The notes under the pieces are model-generated. The model was not told the origin of the DNA. It worked only from the letters and a program-made list of their open reading frames with translations, and did not search any database. Shown here piece after piece: positions 1 to 9,505 of a stretch of 26,596 nt of DNA (positions are counted from its first letter, which is position 1; the number at the start of each line of letters is the position of its first letter). The position numbers were made by a program, and so were the translations under genes. Origin of the DNA: a virus (lineage: Duplodnaviria > Caudoviricetes). The stretch spans positions 1-26,596 of IMG/VR virus record IMGVR_UViG_3300037424_001928. One strand, given 5' to 3'.

Positions 1-3000
1 ACGTACAGACGGCCAGAGCCAAATTGGCTGAAATGGAAGGGCAATTAGGGAGCACCGACAACAGAATAATAGAGATGAACAACCGTGTTACGGAATTAAA
101 CGGCAAACAAGGCCAGCTTGTGACCACCCTGGAGAAGGTACGGGTAGGTCAGATGTCAATGACCGATGCAATGGCCCAGGCCACACCCAGGGCACAGGAG
201 CTAATTAAATGGATACAGATTTTAGGTATCCAATCCCCGTTTACTTCTGATGGTATCCAGAAAGCTTTTCAAACCGCCCTGGCCTACGGCTTTACTACCG
301 AACAGGCGCAGCGATTAACCGCAGCCGAGGTAGACTTTACGGCGGCCACCGGCAAAAGCTCACAGGCGGCTGATCTTATTGCCCTCGCATTGGGTCAGAT
401 TCAATCACGGGGGAAGGTGGCGGCCCAGGAGCTACGGCAACTATCCGAGCAGGGTATCGGCACAAATCGTATTCTTGAGGATATGGGTTTTACCCTGGAT
501 GATGTAACTAATGGCCTGGTCGATACTGACATATTTATCGAGGCCGTTATCCAGGATATGGAAATCTTTAAAGGGGCAGCCAAAGACCAGGCGACTACCT
601 TTAGTGGGTTGGTAACGTCTTTGAGTGAAGTTAAGGCCATCGGCTTGCGCGAGTTTTTTACCGGCACGTTTGAATCTATCCGGCCTTATCTGGCTAATTT
701 TGTGGATTTTTTAACCAAAGCCGCTTTTGAGACGGGTAGTATCCGGGCACTGGGGGACGTATTGGGCCAAAAGGTGGGCGGGGCGCTGGCAATCATCAAT
801 CGGTGGGTCACGCTCATTAGCCAACTTGGAGGCGGGGCGGGCCTGACCATTTTCTCTGATTTGTTTGGACCGCAGGGGATTACCTTGTGGGCACAAATCG
901 GAACGCTCGTGGGCAATGTGGCTGATACCTTTAGCGAATGGAGCGGAGTACTGGGCGGAATTTTGCCGTCGTTCTCTGAGTTTTCCGGGGGCATTATTCC
1001 GGCCCTCATAAGCGGCTTGACCTTCCTCAATCAACATTTTGAGGAATTTAAGGGGGCAATGCTTGGTATTGGGGCGGTGATGGGCGGGGCCGTATTTGCG
1101 GCGGTGGTGGCAGGGCTAATCGGGTTACTTACGCCGATTAACCTGATTATAGCCGGCGCTGCTTTGCTGGGGGCGGCGTGGGCGGGCAACTGGGGAGACA
1201 TTCAGGGCAAGACGATGGCAGCATGGGCGATCATTCAGCCTATTCTGGCCCAGGTTGCCGGTTGGCTGCAAGTAAATATACCCGTCGCCATTCAAACTGC
1301 TTCTGGCTTTTGGACCAATACTCTTCAACCGGCTATGGTTCAGGTAGGTGGCTGGATAACAGGGACGCTTATTCCAACCCTGACCGAAGTATGGGGTTGG
1401 CTCAATACGAATATCCCCATCGCTGTTCAGTTTCTTTCGGATACGTGGACAAACTATCTCTTGCCGGCCTTGACTGGTGTATGGGGTTTTATCTCAAGTA
1501 CGCTAATTCCGCTGTTCTCTGATTTTGTTAGTGGATATATAGAGGTTACTTCAACCCGTCTGCAAGTTCTGGCGGATACCTGGACGCTCTATCTATTGCC
1601 GGCTTTAACGGCTGTTTGGGGCTATCTCAACCAAAATATCTTTCCATTGGTACAGGCCATCAATGGTTTTATAGGAGCCGTCTTTAACAAAACCATTGAA
1701 GCGGCAGCCGGGTTGTGGCAAAACATCCTGTGGCCGGCATTGCAAAAAGTCTGGAGTTTAATCAGCAACTCTTTGCAGCCGATTTTTCAGGATTTAGCCG
1801 GTACGATTAGCGAGGATGTTTCTCCTATCCTTAATTACCTGGGTGAGACTATTTTACCGTTGCTGTCCGATGGACTGGAAATCGTGACGGAGTGGATTAA
1901 AAAAGCAACCGACTTTTTTAACGGCTTGAAAGATGCGGTTAATAGCTTTGAGTTACCGGAAGTGCTCCAAAGACATTCGCCCTCCCCCTTTGAACAATCT
2001 TTAATAGGAATTTCCAACGCGGCTTTGGTCGCTAAAAGTGCCATAGCTGCATTAACCCAGGGTGTCTCTACCGGCTCGGCTGCCTTTAGAGAAGCGGTAG
2101 GGAATATGTTTGGCCTGGAAAGTATTCTGGCAGGTACCGGCCTGGTGGGTGAAGGCCGGAGACACGATATTGACGCTATTTTTCGCAATGTCCTGGGAGG
2201 GATTATCCCCCAAATAGAGGCTGGTACGTTTGGAATGAATGAGCTACTGGCAGCCATTAACCAGGGGGCTGAACTGGGGGGAATATCTCTGTCTCAGGCT
2301 CTTGACGCTATCGAGCGAGGGGGATACACCTTACAGCAGCTTTTGGACAACCTCAATACCTCATTCAGCGAAACTCAAAAAGCACTCAGGCTGGCCAGGG
2401 CGGCTCAATCAGTTGGTATAGCCGGCCAGTTTGCTCAGTTCGGAATCACGGCGGCAGACAGGTTGCAATCCAGGATCGAAACCCTACAAGCCATCGTGGA
2501 TAGTGGTACAGAGGGCGCATTTGGGGGCCAGATCATCTCCGCTACTCAGGCCCAAGAGGAACTTAATCAAGCCCTGGCCGATCAGGTAACGGTACAACAG
2601 CAGATCGTTGATCTACAGCGACAGCAGGCCGATCTGCAATTTTTACAGCAGCAAATAGCCCTGATCCAGATGATTAAGGACGCCGGCCTGAATGTAGAGG
2701 ATATTCTGGGTGGCATTACCCTGGGGTTGGACGCCAGTCTTCCGGACATTGTGGCGGCGATGAACGCCGTTGTTCAGGCGATGTTGGATCAGATCGATGA
2801 TGATCTGGCTATCCAATCTCCTAGCAAGGTAATGTTCGACAAATTCCGGCAGGTTGGTTTGGGGGCAGCCAAAGGCATTATGAGCACCAAAGGTATTTTG
2901 GAGCGGGCCTTTGCGCCGGTTGTACAGCCATTACTTTCGGCGGGGCCGGGGGTGCAAGGCTCGCCGGTGAATAATAACACGTACTATGATTTTAATATGA

Positions 3001-3071
3001 CTGTCAATACCGGGGCCTCGCCTCAGGGGGTTATCCGGCAGTATTCGGTTATGGCAGGGATGTTGGCTTAA
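1..3071 (+). CDS. Phage tail tape measure protein (5' end outside window)
   Basis: Frame is open from the window edge. TMP-like N-terminal segment (SPFT...ALGQIQSRGKVAAQELRQL), long Trp-periodic amphipathic repeats, HSPS/QSPS motifs, and position directly upstream of tail genes. Confidence 0.93.
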   Translation, partial: VQTARAKLAEMEGQLGSTDNRIIEMNNRVTELNGKQGQLVTTLEKVRVGQMSMTDAMAQATPRAQELIKWIQILGIQSPFTSDGIQKAFQTALAYGFTTEQAQRLTAAEVDFTAATGKSSQAADLIALALGQIQSRGKVAAQELRQLSEQGIGTNRILEDMGFTLDDVTNGLVDTDIFIEAVIQDMEIFKGAAKDQATTFSGLVTSLSEVKAIGLREFFTGTFESIRPYLANFVDFLTKAAFETGSIRALGDVLGQKVGGALAIINRWVTLISQLGGGAGLTIFSDLFGPQGITLWAQIGTLVGNVADTFSEWSGVLGGILPSFSEFSGGIIPALISGLTFLNQHFEEFKGAMLGIGAVMGGAVFAAVVAGLIGLLTPINLIIAGAALLGAAWAGNWGDIQGKTMAAWAIIQPILAQVAGWLQVNIPVAIQTASGFWTNTLQPAMVQVGGWITGTLIPTLTEVWGWLNTNIPIAVQFLSDTWTNYLLPALTGVWGFISSTLIPLFSDFVSGYIEVTSTRLQVLADTWTLYLLPALTAVWGYLNQNIFPLVQAINGFIGAVFNKTIEAAAGLWQNILWPALQKVWSLISNSLQPIFQDLAGTISEDVSPILNYLGETILPLLSDGLEIVTEWIKKATDFFNGLKDAVNSFELPEVLQRHSPSPFEQSLIGISNAALVAKSAIAALTQGVSTGSAAFREAVGNMFGLESILAGTGLVGEGRRHDIDAIFRNVLGGIIPQIEAGTFGMNELLAAINQGAELGGISLSQALDAIERGGYTLQQLLDNLNTSFSETQKALRLARAAQSVGIAGQFAQFGITAADRLQSRIETLQAIVDSGTEGAFGGQIISATQAQEELNQALADQVTVQQQIVDLQRQQADLQFLQQQIALIQMIKDAGLNVEDILGGITLGLDASLPDIVAAMNAVVQAMLDQIDDDLAIQSPSKVMFDKFRQVGLGAAKGIMSTKGILERAFAPVVQPLLSAGPGVQGSPVNNNTYYDFNMTVNTGASPQGVIRQYSVMAGMLA

Positions 3072-3073
3072 TT

Positions 3074-3102
3074 TTGAATAATCTATGATTAGATGATAGA
3101 GT
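3074..3102 (+). promoter_or_regulatory. Candidate sigma70-type promoter upstream of the Dit-like gene
   Basis: TTGAAT (3074-3079), 17-bp spacer ending in TGa, TAGAGT (3097-3102), followed by GGAGGT, in an AT-rich intergenic gap. Confidence 0.35.
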
Positions 3103-3125
3103 GGAGGTGGAAATTTTAATTACTA

Positions 3126-5642
3126 ATGGGGAGCAAAAAAGCGAAAAGGCTACTATCCATCTTTCTATTAGTCCTGTTCTTTGCGCCAGCGGCGCAAGCC
3201 CAGGAACCGTTTAAGGTTTATCTACCCGTGATACTATCTTGCTTCAATCAAGACAACAATTGGCGCATCATTCAGCCGGTTGCCTCGACCAATTACGTCC
3301 TCAATCCAAGCGGCGAAATTGCCGGCAGCTCTGCCGACGTTGCCGGAGGGACCACAACCCGTAGTACTACTTATCAAAAATATGGCTTGTATTCCTACAA
3401 CGTCGTCACCGTAGCCGCCGGTGATGGCGTATCGCTTGACTTACTCACCCTGGCTAATTCAGCCCATTACGTCACCCTCCGGGCACGTAAATCCTATCCT
3501 ATCCTACAGGCCACGCTTGGCACTACTACCCATACGCTGCGCCTGATTGAAAAAATAGATGAGGACTGGGACCTGCTAGGGGTTGGCTTCCAGGCCGCCG
3601 ATGCAAACGGGGCCACGACGGTCGAAATAACGGCCACGGCCACGGGTGACTTTTACCTTGACGGCATCCAGGTCGAACCGCTGGCCTATTGGACCACCTA
3701 CATTGACGGCACTCAGCCGGGCTGCGGCTGGTTGGGGACGCCGCATGCTTCGGCTTCAGAGCGCAGCGGGGCTAGCCGGGCCGGGGGCAGGTCATTGGAT
3801 TTTTGGATGGAATACGGCTTCCAGGTCCAAAAGGTCATCGGGGCCGGAGCTGCTACTCATAAGTTGGGCGTGGATTCCTATGCCCTTTTGCCGGGGGGGG
3901 AACTCAATAGTGATAAGATTTTATCACGCGAGTTTCAGATTATCGGCAAATTCATAGCTGAAACGGAAGCAGACCTGCTGGAAAAGAAACGGGCGCTTGA
4001 GAGCGCATTTTATTCCAACGATACTCAATTGACTCGGCTGCGCTTCAACGGTGGGTTAGTGCAAAAAGAATTAGCTGTGAGGTATCAGGGCGGGCTGGAA
4101 GGCGACCTGGCTACGTTTTACGGAAATGTGGAGATTGTCGAGGACGAACGATACACCGAACACGAGCTTTACACCGAAAAGGCCGCTATCCAGGTGGTTG
4201 CACCCTATCCATACTGGCAAGAAGTGGGGGAGAGCGCGGCCCTGCTGGACACGAACGACAGCGCCACGTTTCGACTTGTAGCGGGTAGGCTGAGAAGTAC
4301 GGGGCAATGGGATGAATTGGGGCCACCCAACGCGGCGGGGACGTATACGGCAGTTTATGCCCTGGCCGAAGATGACATCTACCTGTATATTGGCGGTGAT
4401 TTTCTTAATTGGGACAATATAGCCAATGGTGACCGGATAGTTAGGCTAAACAAACAAACCGGCGGTTATTCTGCAATGGGAACGGGAGGTGGAAACGGGG
4501 GTGTTTTTGCGCTTGCGATTATGCCCAATGGGGACGTAATAGCGGCTGGTACATTTACCAGCATGGGTGGTGTTGCCAACACCACTCGTGTGGCTAGATG
4601 GGATATATTAACAGAAACTTGGAACGCAATGGCAATGGGGCTTGATAACACTATCTCCGCCCTGGTTGTTGGTTTGAACGGATTACTATATGCTGGTGGT
4701 CAACAGTCTAACAGGGTTGACAGTTGGAATGGGATTTTATGGTCAGGAGTAGGAGTTGTTGCAAATCCGTGTTTGGCACTGGCCATTGGACCGGATGGAA
4801 CGTTATACGCCGGGGGTGTTATAGCTCCGAATGGCGGTTGGCTTTCTTATTGGGATGGCAATTCGTGGACTTCTATATTTAGTAACGCAAATGAGTTTGT
4901 TGATGCTCTGGCCGTCGCTCTCAATAGCATCGTGTTTATTGGTGGTGATTTTACGAATATTGGGGGTGTTACTTACAATTACGCCGCCTCTTGGAATGGC
5001 ACGTCATTATCACCTCTAGGTGATGGAGTGAATGATATAATTACAACAATGAAAACTGCCCCGGATGATTCTATATACGCATCGGGGTCTTTTACCCAGG
5101 CGGGAAATGTCATTTTGGCTGACAGGTTAGCCAGATTTAATCGATATGCGTGGGCTAACTTGGATATAGATTTACCAGGTTCTCCCACATCCTATGGTAT
5201 TTTACCCGGTACTGCTGACCCTGTATTTAAGCAAAAGTACGACCTATGGCTTGGTTTCAACACCACCGGTACCGGCACATTCGCCGGCCTTGTCACCCCC
5301 ACTAACGGCGGAAACGTCGCCGCTTATCCCAGGATTGTCTTTACCCGTTCCGGGGGCACATCGGCCACGGTTGCCACATTGCGCAATGAGGATACCGGCA
5401 AAGAACTCCTCTTTAACTATGCCCTGTTGAATGGGGAAACATTGACCATTGACCTGACGCCGGGTAATCGGGCTATTATTTCCAGTTTCTTTGGTCCCCG
5501 GCCTGATGCAATTCTGGCAAATAGCGATTTTGGCTCGTGGGCTTTGCAGCCGGGCGACAATGACGTAAGTAGTTTTGTTATCAACAACGGGGCGACGATT
5601 ACGGCCTGGCTGACCTGGCGGGAACCATTTAGCGGGTATTAA
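3126..5642 (+). CDS. Evolved distal tail (Dit-like) protein with carbohydrate-binding module and beta-propeller insert; N-terminal signal-peptide-like extension
   Basis: Follows the TMP. CBM-like segment (TNYVLNPSGE...FYLDGIQVE...TTYIDG), Dit-like halves (REFQIIG...APYPYW; NGGNVAAYPRIVF...LQPGDNDV) and propeller blades (VYALA..LYIGGDF, VFALA..VIAAGTF, LYAGG). Confidence 0.75.
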   Translation: MGSKKAKRLLSIFLLVLFFAPAAQAQEPFKVYLPVILSCFNQDNNWRIIQPVASTNYVLNPSGEIAGSSADVAGGTTTRSTTYQKYGLYSYNVVTVAAGDGVSLDLLTLANSAHYVTLRARKSYPILQATLGTTTHTLRLIEKIDEDWDLLGVGFQAADANGATTVEITATATGDFYLDGIQVEPLAYWTTYIDGTQPGCGWLGTPHASASERSGASRAGGRSLDFWMEYGFQVQKVIGAGAATHKLGVDSYALLPGGELNSDKILSREFQIIGKFIAETEADLLEKKRALESAFYSNDTQLTRLRFNGGLVQKELAVRYQGGLEGDLATFYGNVEIVEDERYTEHELYTEKAAIQVVAPYPYWQEVGESAALLDTNDSATFRLVAGRLRSTGQWDELGPPNAAGTYTAVYALAEDDIYLYIGGDFLNWDNIANGDRIVRLNKQTGGYSAMGTGGGNGGVFALAIMPNGDVIAAGTFTSMGGVANTTRVARWDILTETWNAMAMGLDNTISALVVGLNGLLYAGGQQSNRVDSWNGILWSGVGVVANPCLALAIGPDGTLYAGGVIAPNGGWLSYWDGNSWTSIFSNANEFVDALAVALNSIVFIGGDFTNIGGVTYNYAASWNGTSLSPLGDGVNDIITTMKTAPDDSIYASGSFTQAGNVILADRLARFNRYAWANLDIDLPGSPTSYGILPGTADPVFKQKYDLWLGFNTTGTGTFAGLVTPTNGGNVAAYPRIVFTRSGGTSATVATLRNEDTGKELLFNYALLNGETLTIDLTPGNRAIISSFFGPRPDAILANSDFGSWALQPGDNDVSSFVINNGATITAWLTWREPFSGY

Positions 5643-5645
5643 AAT

Positions 5646-6770
5646 ATGGCCGGAAATTACGAAATCTATTTAACCACCGACACCGGTGTTAGACTGGCCG
5701 CCCTTGATAATTTTATATCCCTTGAGTGCAGCCGGGTTGCCAGCAGCATCGGCTCGTTTGGGATGTATCTACCCCTGAGCTTTAATCCCGATCTGATTGC
5801 TCCTGACCGGCAAATCCAGGTATGGCGACAACCCGACGGGGGACGGCTTGGTCTGTGGCGGGTTTACTTGCTGCGTAAATGGAAATTTAGCACGCAGGAC
5901 AGTGATCAGATGCTCGAAATAGCCGGGCCGGATATGAACGACCTGCTGCGCCGGCGCATCGTGGCCGCTTTTGCCGGCAGCGCCCAGGCCGGCAAAACCG
6001 ACTTTGCCGACGATATGATGAAAGAGATAGTGACCCAATCCATAGCCGACGGGGTTGCGCCGGTCCCTGCCGCTGGAACGCGGGTATGGTCTAATCTGAG
6101 TATTGCCGCCGACTTGGGCGATGGACCGACTATTACCAGGTCGTTCCCGTGGGAAAAGCTCCTGACCGCTTCTAACAATGGCGTTCTACCCCAATTGGCT
6201 AAAGCGGCCCGCGAGGCCGGGACGGAAGTATTTTTCGACATTGTGCCCAATGTGGTTAGCTCAAATTCCATCACATTTCAATTCCAGACCTTCACCGGCC
6301 AGCCGGGGCAGGACGTTAGCGACCGGGTGACATTCGACCAGGCCGATGGCAATATGAAAAACCCTTCTCTTGAATACGATTACACAGAGGAGGAAAATTA
6401 CATATACGCCGGGGGGCAAGGTGAGGAAAGCGACCGCAATATCCAACAGGTTTACGACAGTACCCGTTACGGTCAATCCATTTGGGGCCGTTGCGAGGGG
6501 TTTGCCGATGCCCGCAACCAATCTACAGACAACGGGGTTATCTCTGCCGGCAATACGCATTTGGAAGAGGGCAGGTCCCGGATCCGCTTTACAGCGCAGC
6601 CGCTTGATACAACCGGTACTCGGTTTGGAATTGATTGGGATTTTGGCTACCAGGTGGGGGCCAGATACCTCAATCGGCAATTTAACAGCATCATCCGGGC
6701 TGTGTCTATTGTAGTGAATGAAAATGGTGAAGAAATTCGGGCGCGGCTTGACTACGAGGCAGCAATCTGA
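5646..6770 (+). CDS. Siphovirus Gp37-like minor tail / baseplate hub protein
   Basis: Position after Dit. Motifs NYIYAGGQGEESDR, EGFADAR and RFGIDWDFGYQV resemble the ReqiPepy6 Gp37-like family. Confidence 0.75.
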   Translation: MAGNYEIYLTTDTGVRLAALDNFISLECSRVASSIGSFGMYLPLSFNPDLIAPDRQIQVWRQPDGGRLGLWRVYLLRKWKFSTQDSDQMLEIAGPDMNDLLRRRIVAAFAGSAQAGKTDFADDMMKEIVTQSIADGVAPVPAAGTRVWSNLSIAADLGDGPTITRSFPWEKLLTASNNGVLPQLAKAAREAGTEVFFDIVPNVVSSNSITFQFQTFTGQPGQDVSDRVTFDQADGNMKNPSLEYDYTEEENYIYAGGQGEESDRNIQQVYDSTRYGQSIWGRCEGFADARNQSTDNGVISAGNTHLEEGRSRIRFTAQPLDTTGTRFGIDWDFGYQVGARYLNRQFNSIIRAVSIVVNENGEEIRARLDYEAAI

Positions 6771-7228
6771 TGATAGAAGAACTCATCAGGCGGCTAACCA
6801 AACTGGAACGCGATTTTGAGGGATTGATAAAGCCGGAGACAGGCCGGTGGATAGATTGGACACCAACAGTAACTCAGGGGGTTGCGGTTGCGGTGACGGT
6901 GACAGGGGCTAAATATAAGGTTAGCGAAGATGATGTTAGGATTTATGCTCGGCTTGCCGTGACGGGAGCGGGAACGGCAGGGCAAGCTATTGCTCTTGCA
7001 GGTTGGGCGGCGGCTCTAAATCCCAATCCTGGCCCGGCAGGATGGCCTATGGGAGTCGGAATAATCATTGATGCTACAGGACCAACAACTTATAGTGCTG
7101 TTTGCCGCTACAGTAGCAATAATCTGGTTTTTGCCTCTCAAACGGCCAACGCTTTTTTGGGGAGCAACCCGGCTTTTACCCTGGCTAACGGGGATAGTAT
7201 TTATGCGAATATGTACTGGAAGATTTAG
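6770..7228 (+). CDS. Small tail / tail-tip protein
   Basis: Coupled to the previous gene (TGATG overlap). N-terminal coiled coil, then a WIDWTPTV beta-rich domain ending LANGDSIY, typical of tail-fibre tip domains. Confidence 0.6.
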   Translation: MIEELIRRLTKLERDFEGLIKPETGRWIDWTPTVTQGVAVAVTVTGAKYKVSEDDVRIYARLAVTGAGTAGQAIALAGWAAALNPNPGPAGWPMGVGIIIDATGPTTYSAVCRYSSNNLVFASQTANAFLGSNPAFTLANGDSIYANMYWKI

Positions 7229-7283
7229 CCTTGTAGTGCTTTCAGTATCCTGCCAGGAGTGTGCTTTGTTGGGTATTCGAAAA

Positions 7284-8885
7284 TCAGGGAGACAGGACTA
7301 AAATATCCTGTAATTTGTATACCAGTTTACCTGTGAACTGGTCTACAATTGACAAAACGGTACTATCGAGAAGGCACGTCAGCCGGATGTTTTTGAAATC
7401 CGGCATAATTTCGGCGGACACGTCCAGGACTTCAACCCACCCCTGCTTTATATCAAACGGCTCGTTATATGTTTCCAGTCCCTCGCTAAACACCCGGTAC
7501 ACCTCCGCAAACCGGACCACTGCCGCCCGTCGTTCCAAGATCAAATTAAGTGATAAGCCGAGTTCTTTCTCTTCGGTTTTTAGCCTGTTCAATTCATTCT
7601 TGAGCGCGGCCCTAGCCTCCTTAATATCTTCCTCTTCCGCTTCATCGGCAAACGCCAGTAGCAGCCGTTTCAGTTGCCTCATTAGTTTTTCCTGCCGTTC
7701 TCGATTTTGGCGCAGCGTTGTTTCAAGCTGGCCTTCCTGGCCTATATCGCCCTTCAGCGCCTGATCAATCAGCCGGCTTGAGTAATCCGGGTCTGACAGG
7801 ATACGCTTAATCCAGGTCCACACAATATTGTCTATCAGGTCTACCCGGAAATGGGGCAAGCCGCATGGGTCCGCCGTCACATAGCGGTGGTGAGAGCCAC
7901 AGCGATAATATTGATGATTAGCCAGCCGGCCTTGCAAAATTCGACCGCACAAAGGGCACTTGATGCGCTTGAGCATCAGGTACCCGTGTTTAGTATTGCG
8001 ACTGGCCATGGCTTTGTTTTTGGCCATAATCACCTGTGCTCTATCGAATATAGCCCGGTCGATGATAGTCGGGACTTCAACGGCTATCAGATCGTCAATC
8101 GGATTGGGCACGTGATGGTGCTTGCCCTCTACCTTAACAGAGGTGTTTTTTCCCCAGTACCACACGCCGGTGTAGGTTTCGTTTTTGAGGACACGGATAA
8201 CGCCGGTGGTCCCCCATTCCCCGTATTTTTTCTTTTTCTGAAAATGACCGCGTAAATCTGACCAGGTAGGTATTTTTTTCTCCGTGAGGTAATCCGCAAT
8301 TTTGGCCAGGCTCAAACGATCAATAGCGTACAGTCTAAAAATCAACCTGACTATCTCGGCCTCGCTCTCTTCGATTATCAGCTTGCCGTCTACGGCTCGG
8401 TAACCATAAGGGGGCCTGCTGTTTACCTGGACGTAGCCCTGAGTGGCCCTGGTTCGTTTCCCCATCCGGCACATCTTTAGAAATTCCTTGCGCCAATAAT
8501 CGGCAAAACGCCCCTGGATGTCTTCTACTACAGCCCCACCCAGAGAGTTTAAATCAATAAGGCCGCGTTGGGTATAGTGAAGTTCTATCCCCTTCGCGGC
8601 CCATTCGTCCCTGAGTTTAACGTAGTCGAGCGGATTACGACTAATGCGGTGGCTCTCGTAAGCAACCACGGCGGTTGCGGTTCTGCTGGCCAGTTGATTT
8701 TGTAGCTCGGTAAAGCCCGGACGATTGAGGGTCATCCCGGTTTCATCGTCAAAGATTTCAACTACCAGATTTAGGTTGTTTTTCTGGCAATACGAGCGGA
8801 TGCTCTGTATCTGCCCTTCCAGGCTCGCTCCCGTTTCGGCCTGTTCGTCGGATGACACCCTGGCGTAGCCGATTGCGTTCTTCAT
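7284..8885 (-). CDS. Large serine recombinase (integrase)
   Basis: Catalytic YARVSS; resolvase-type segment (RPGF...RISRN); recombinase domain (PPYGY...VLKNETYTG); Zn ribbon (CPLCG...YYRC...C); coiled coil. Confidence 0.96.
   Translation of the reverse strand: MKNAIGYARVSSDEQAETGASLEGQIQSIRSYCQKNNLNLVVEIFDDETGMTLNRPGFTELQNQLASRTATAVVAYESHRISRNPLDYVKLRDEWAAKGIELHYTQRGLIDLNSLGGAVVEDIQGRFADYWRKEFLKMCRMGKRTRATQGYVQVNSRPPYGYRAVDGKLIIEESEAEIVRLIFRLYAIDRLSLAKIADYLTEKKIPTWSDLRGHFQKKKKYGEWGTTGVIRVLKNETYTGVWYWGKNTSVKVEGKHHHVPNPIDDLIAVEVPTIIDRAIFDRAQVIMAKNKAMASRNTKHGYLMLKRIKCPLCGRILQGRLANHQYYRCGSHHRYVTADPCGLPHFRVDLIDNIVWTWIKRILSDPDYSSRLIDQALKGDIGQEGQLETTLRQNRERQEKLMRQLKRLLLAFADEAEEEDIKEARAALKNELNRLKTEEKELGLSLNLILERRAAVVRFAEVYRVFSEGLETYNEPFDIKQGWVEVLDVSAEIMPDFKNIRLTCLLDSTVLSIVDQFTGKLVYKLQDILVLSP
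7309..7354. other. Putative attP site (imperfect palindrome centred on CT at 7331-7332) inside the integrase 3' end
   Basis: tgtaatttgtataccagtttac-CT-gtgaactggtctacaattgaca: 22-bp arms with 18/22 inverted identity around a 2-bp centre, the geometry of serine-integrase attP sites. Confidence 0.7.
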
Positions 8886-8967
8886 TTTGCTCCTCTATCC
8901 ATTTAAGGTGCTTTTTGAACATTGCTACCATTGCTGGCAGCGCTTCCGGGGGGATTTCTTTCGCCAT
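8758..8967 (-). CDS. Small hypothetical protein overlapping the integrase start
   Basis: AAAGGAGA RBS upstream of ATG 8967; the 3' part overlaps the integrase in another frame. Confidence 0.5.
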   Translation of the reverse strand: MAKEIPPEALPAMVAMFKKHLKWIEEQNEERNRLRQGVIRRTGRNGSEPGRADTEHPLVLPEKQPKSGS

Positions 8968-9023
8968 TATATCACGGTCTCCTTTCGCTACAAAAATTCA
9001 AACGGTTTTTACGGGTCATCTTA

Positions 9024-9492
9024 TCACCCCAACGGCAGCTTCAACTGCCCCAGCGACGGCCGTTCTCGCTTCCTAAAATTCACTAGCGGCGTCCCACCCA
9101 GATCGGTTGTTTTTCGCAACCGGAAGCGTATCTTCCCCAAATTACGCTCAGGGAAGATATTTTCGGCCACGATGAACATCTCGCCTGAACGCAAAGCGCG
9201 GACCTGACCAAATGAAACGGGCAGGTATTGGGCAATGACCTGCTTATAATCCTTCTCGTAGGTGACTTTCCCAAACAGGCGCACATTAGCTCCAAAGATC
9301 ATCTGTTTGTGCAGGGGCCATGGCGTTGGACTTACCGCAACCCTGATTGCCAAGCAAGACAACGCCAAGACCCTCGGATTGGTAAGGTGGGCGAGAGAGA
9401 TTGATTGCCGCGTTATCGAAGAGATGCAGAATCAAGTCGTCATCTGGGCCGGTTTCGGTTAGGTACATCGGGCGAATTTCGGTCATTAGCAT
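9024..9492 (-). pseudogene. HerA/DUF87-like P-loop ATPase with large internal deletion and frameshift
   Basis: The N-terminal ORF has Walker A (VVLLGNQGCGKSNAMA). At about 9315 the sequence switches frame into a C-terminal part (LHKQMIFGAN..LFGKV...RKTTDLGGTP). No Walker B or central domain is present. Confidence 0.7.
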
Positions 9493-9505
9493 GGGTTATC
9501 CTTCC
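9486..9505. repeat. 20-bp direct repeat, copy 1 (ttagcatgggttatccttcc)
   Basis: 19/20 identical to 10522-10541. Confidence 0.9.

Noticed and set aside
3126-7228. Diversity-generating retroelement targeting tail genes
   Set aside because: No reverse transcriptase and no adenine-mismatched repeat pair seen in the window.
401-7764. Numerous short antisense or alt-frame ORFs within the tail genes and integrase
   Set aside because: No recognisable motifs or RBS; consistent with shadow ORFs, unlike the EndoVII overlap.
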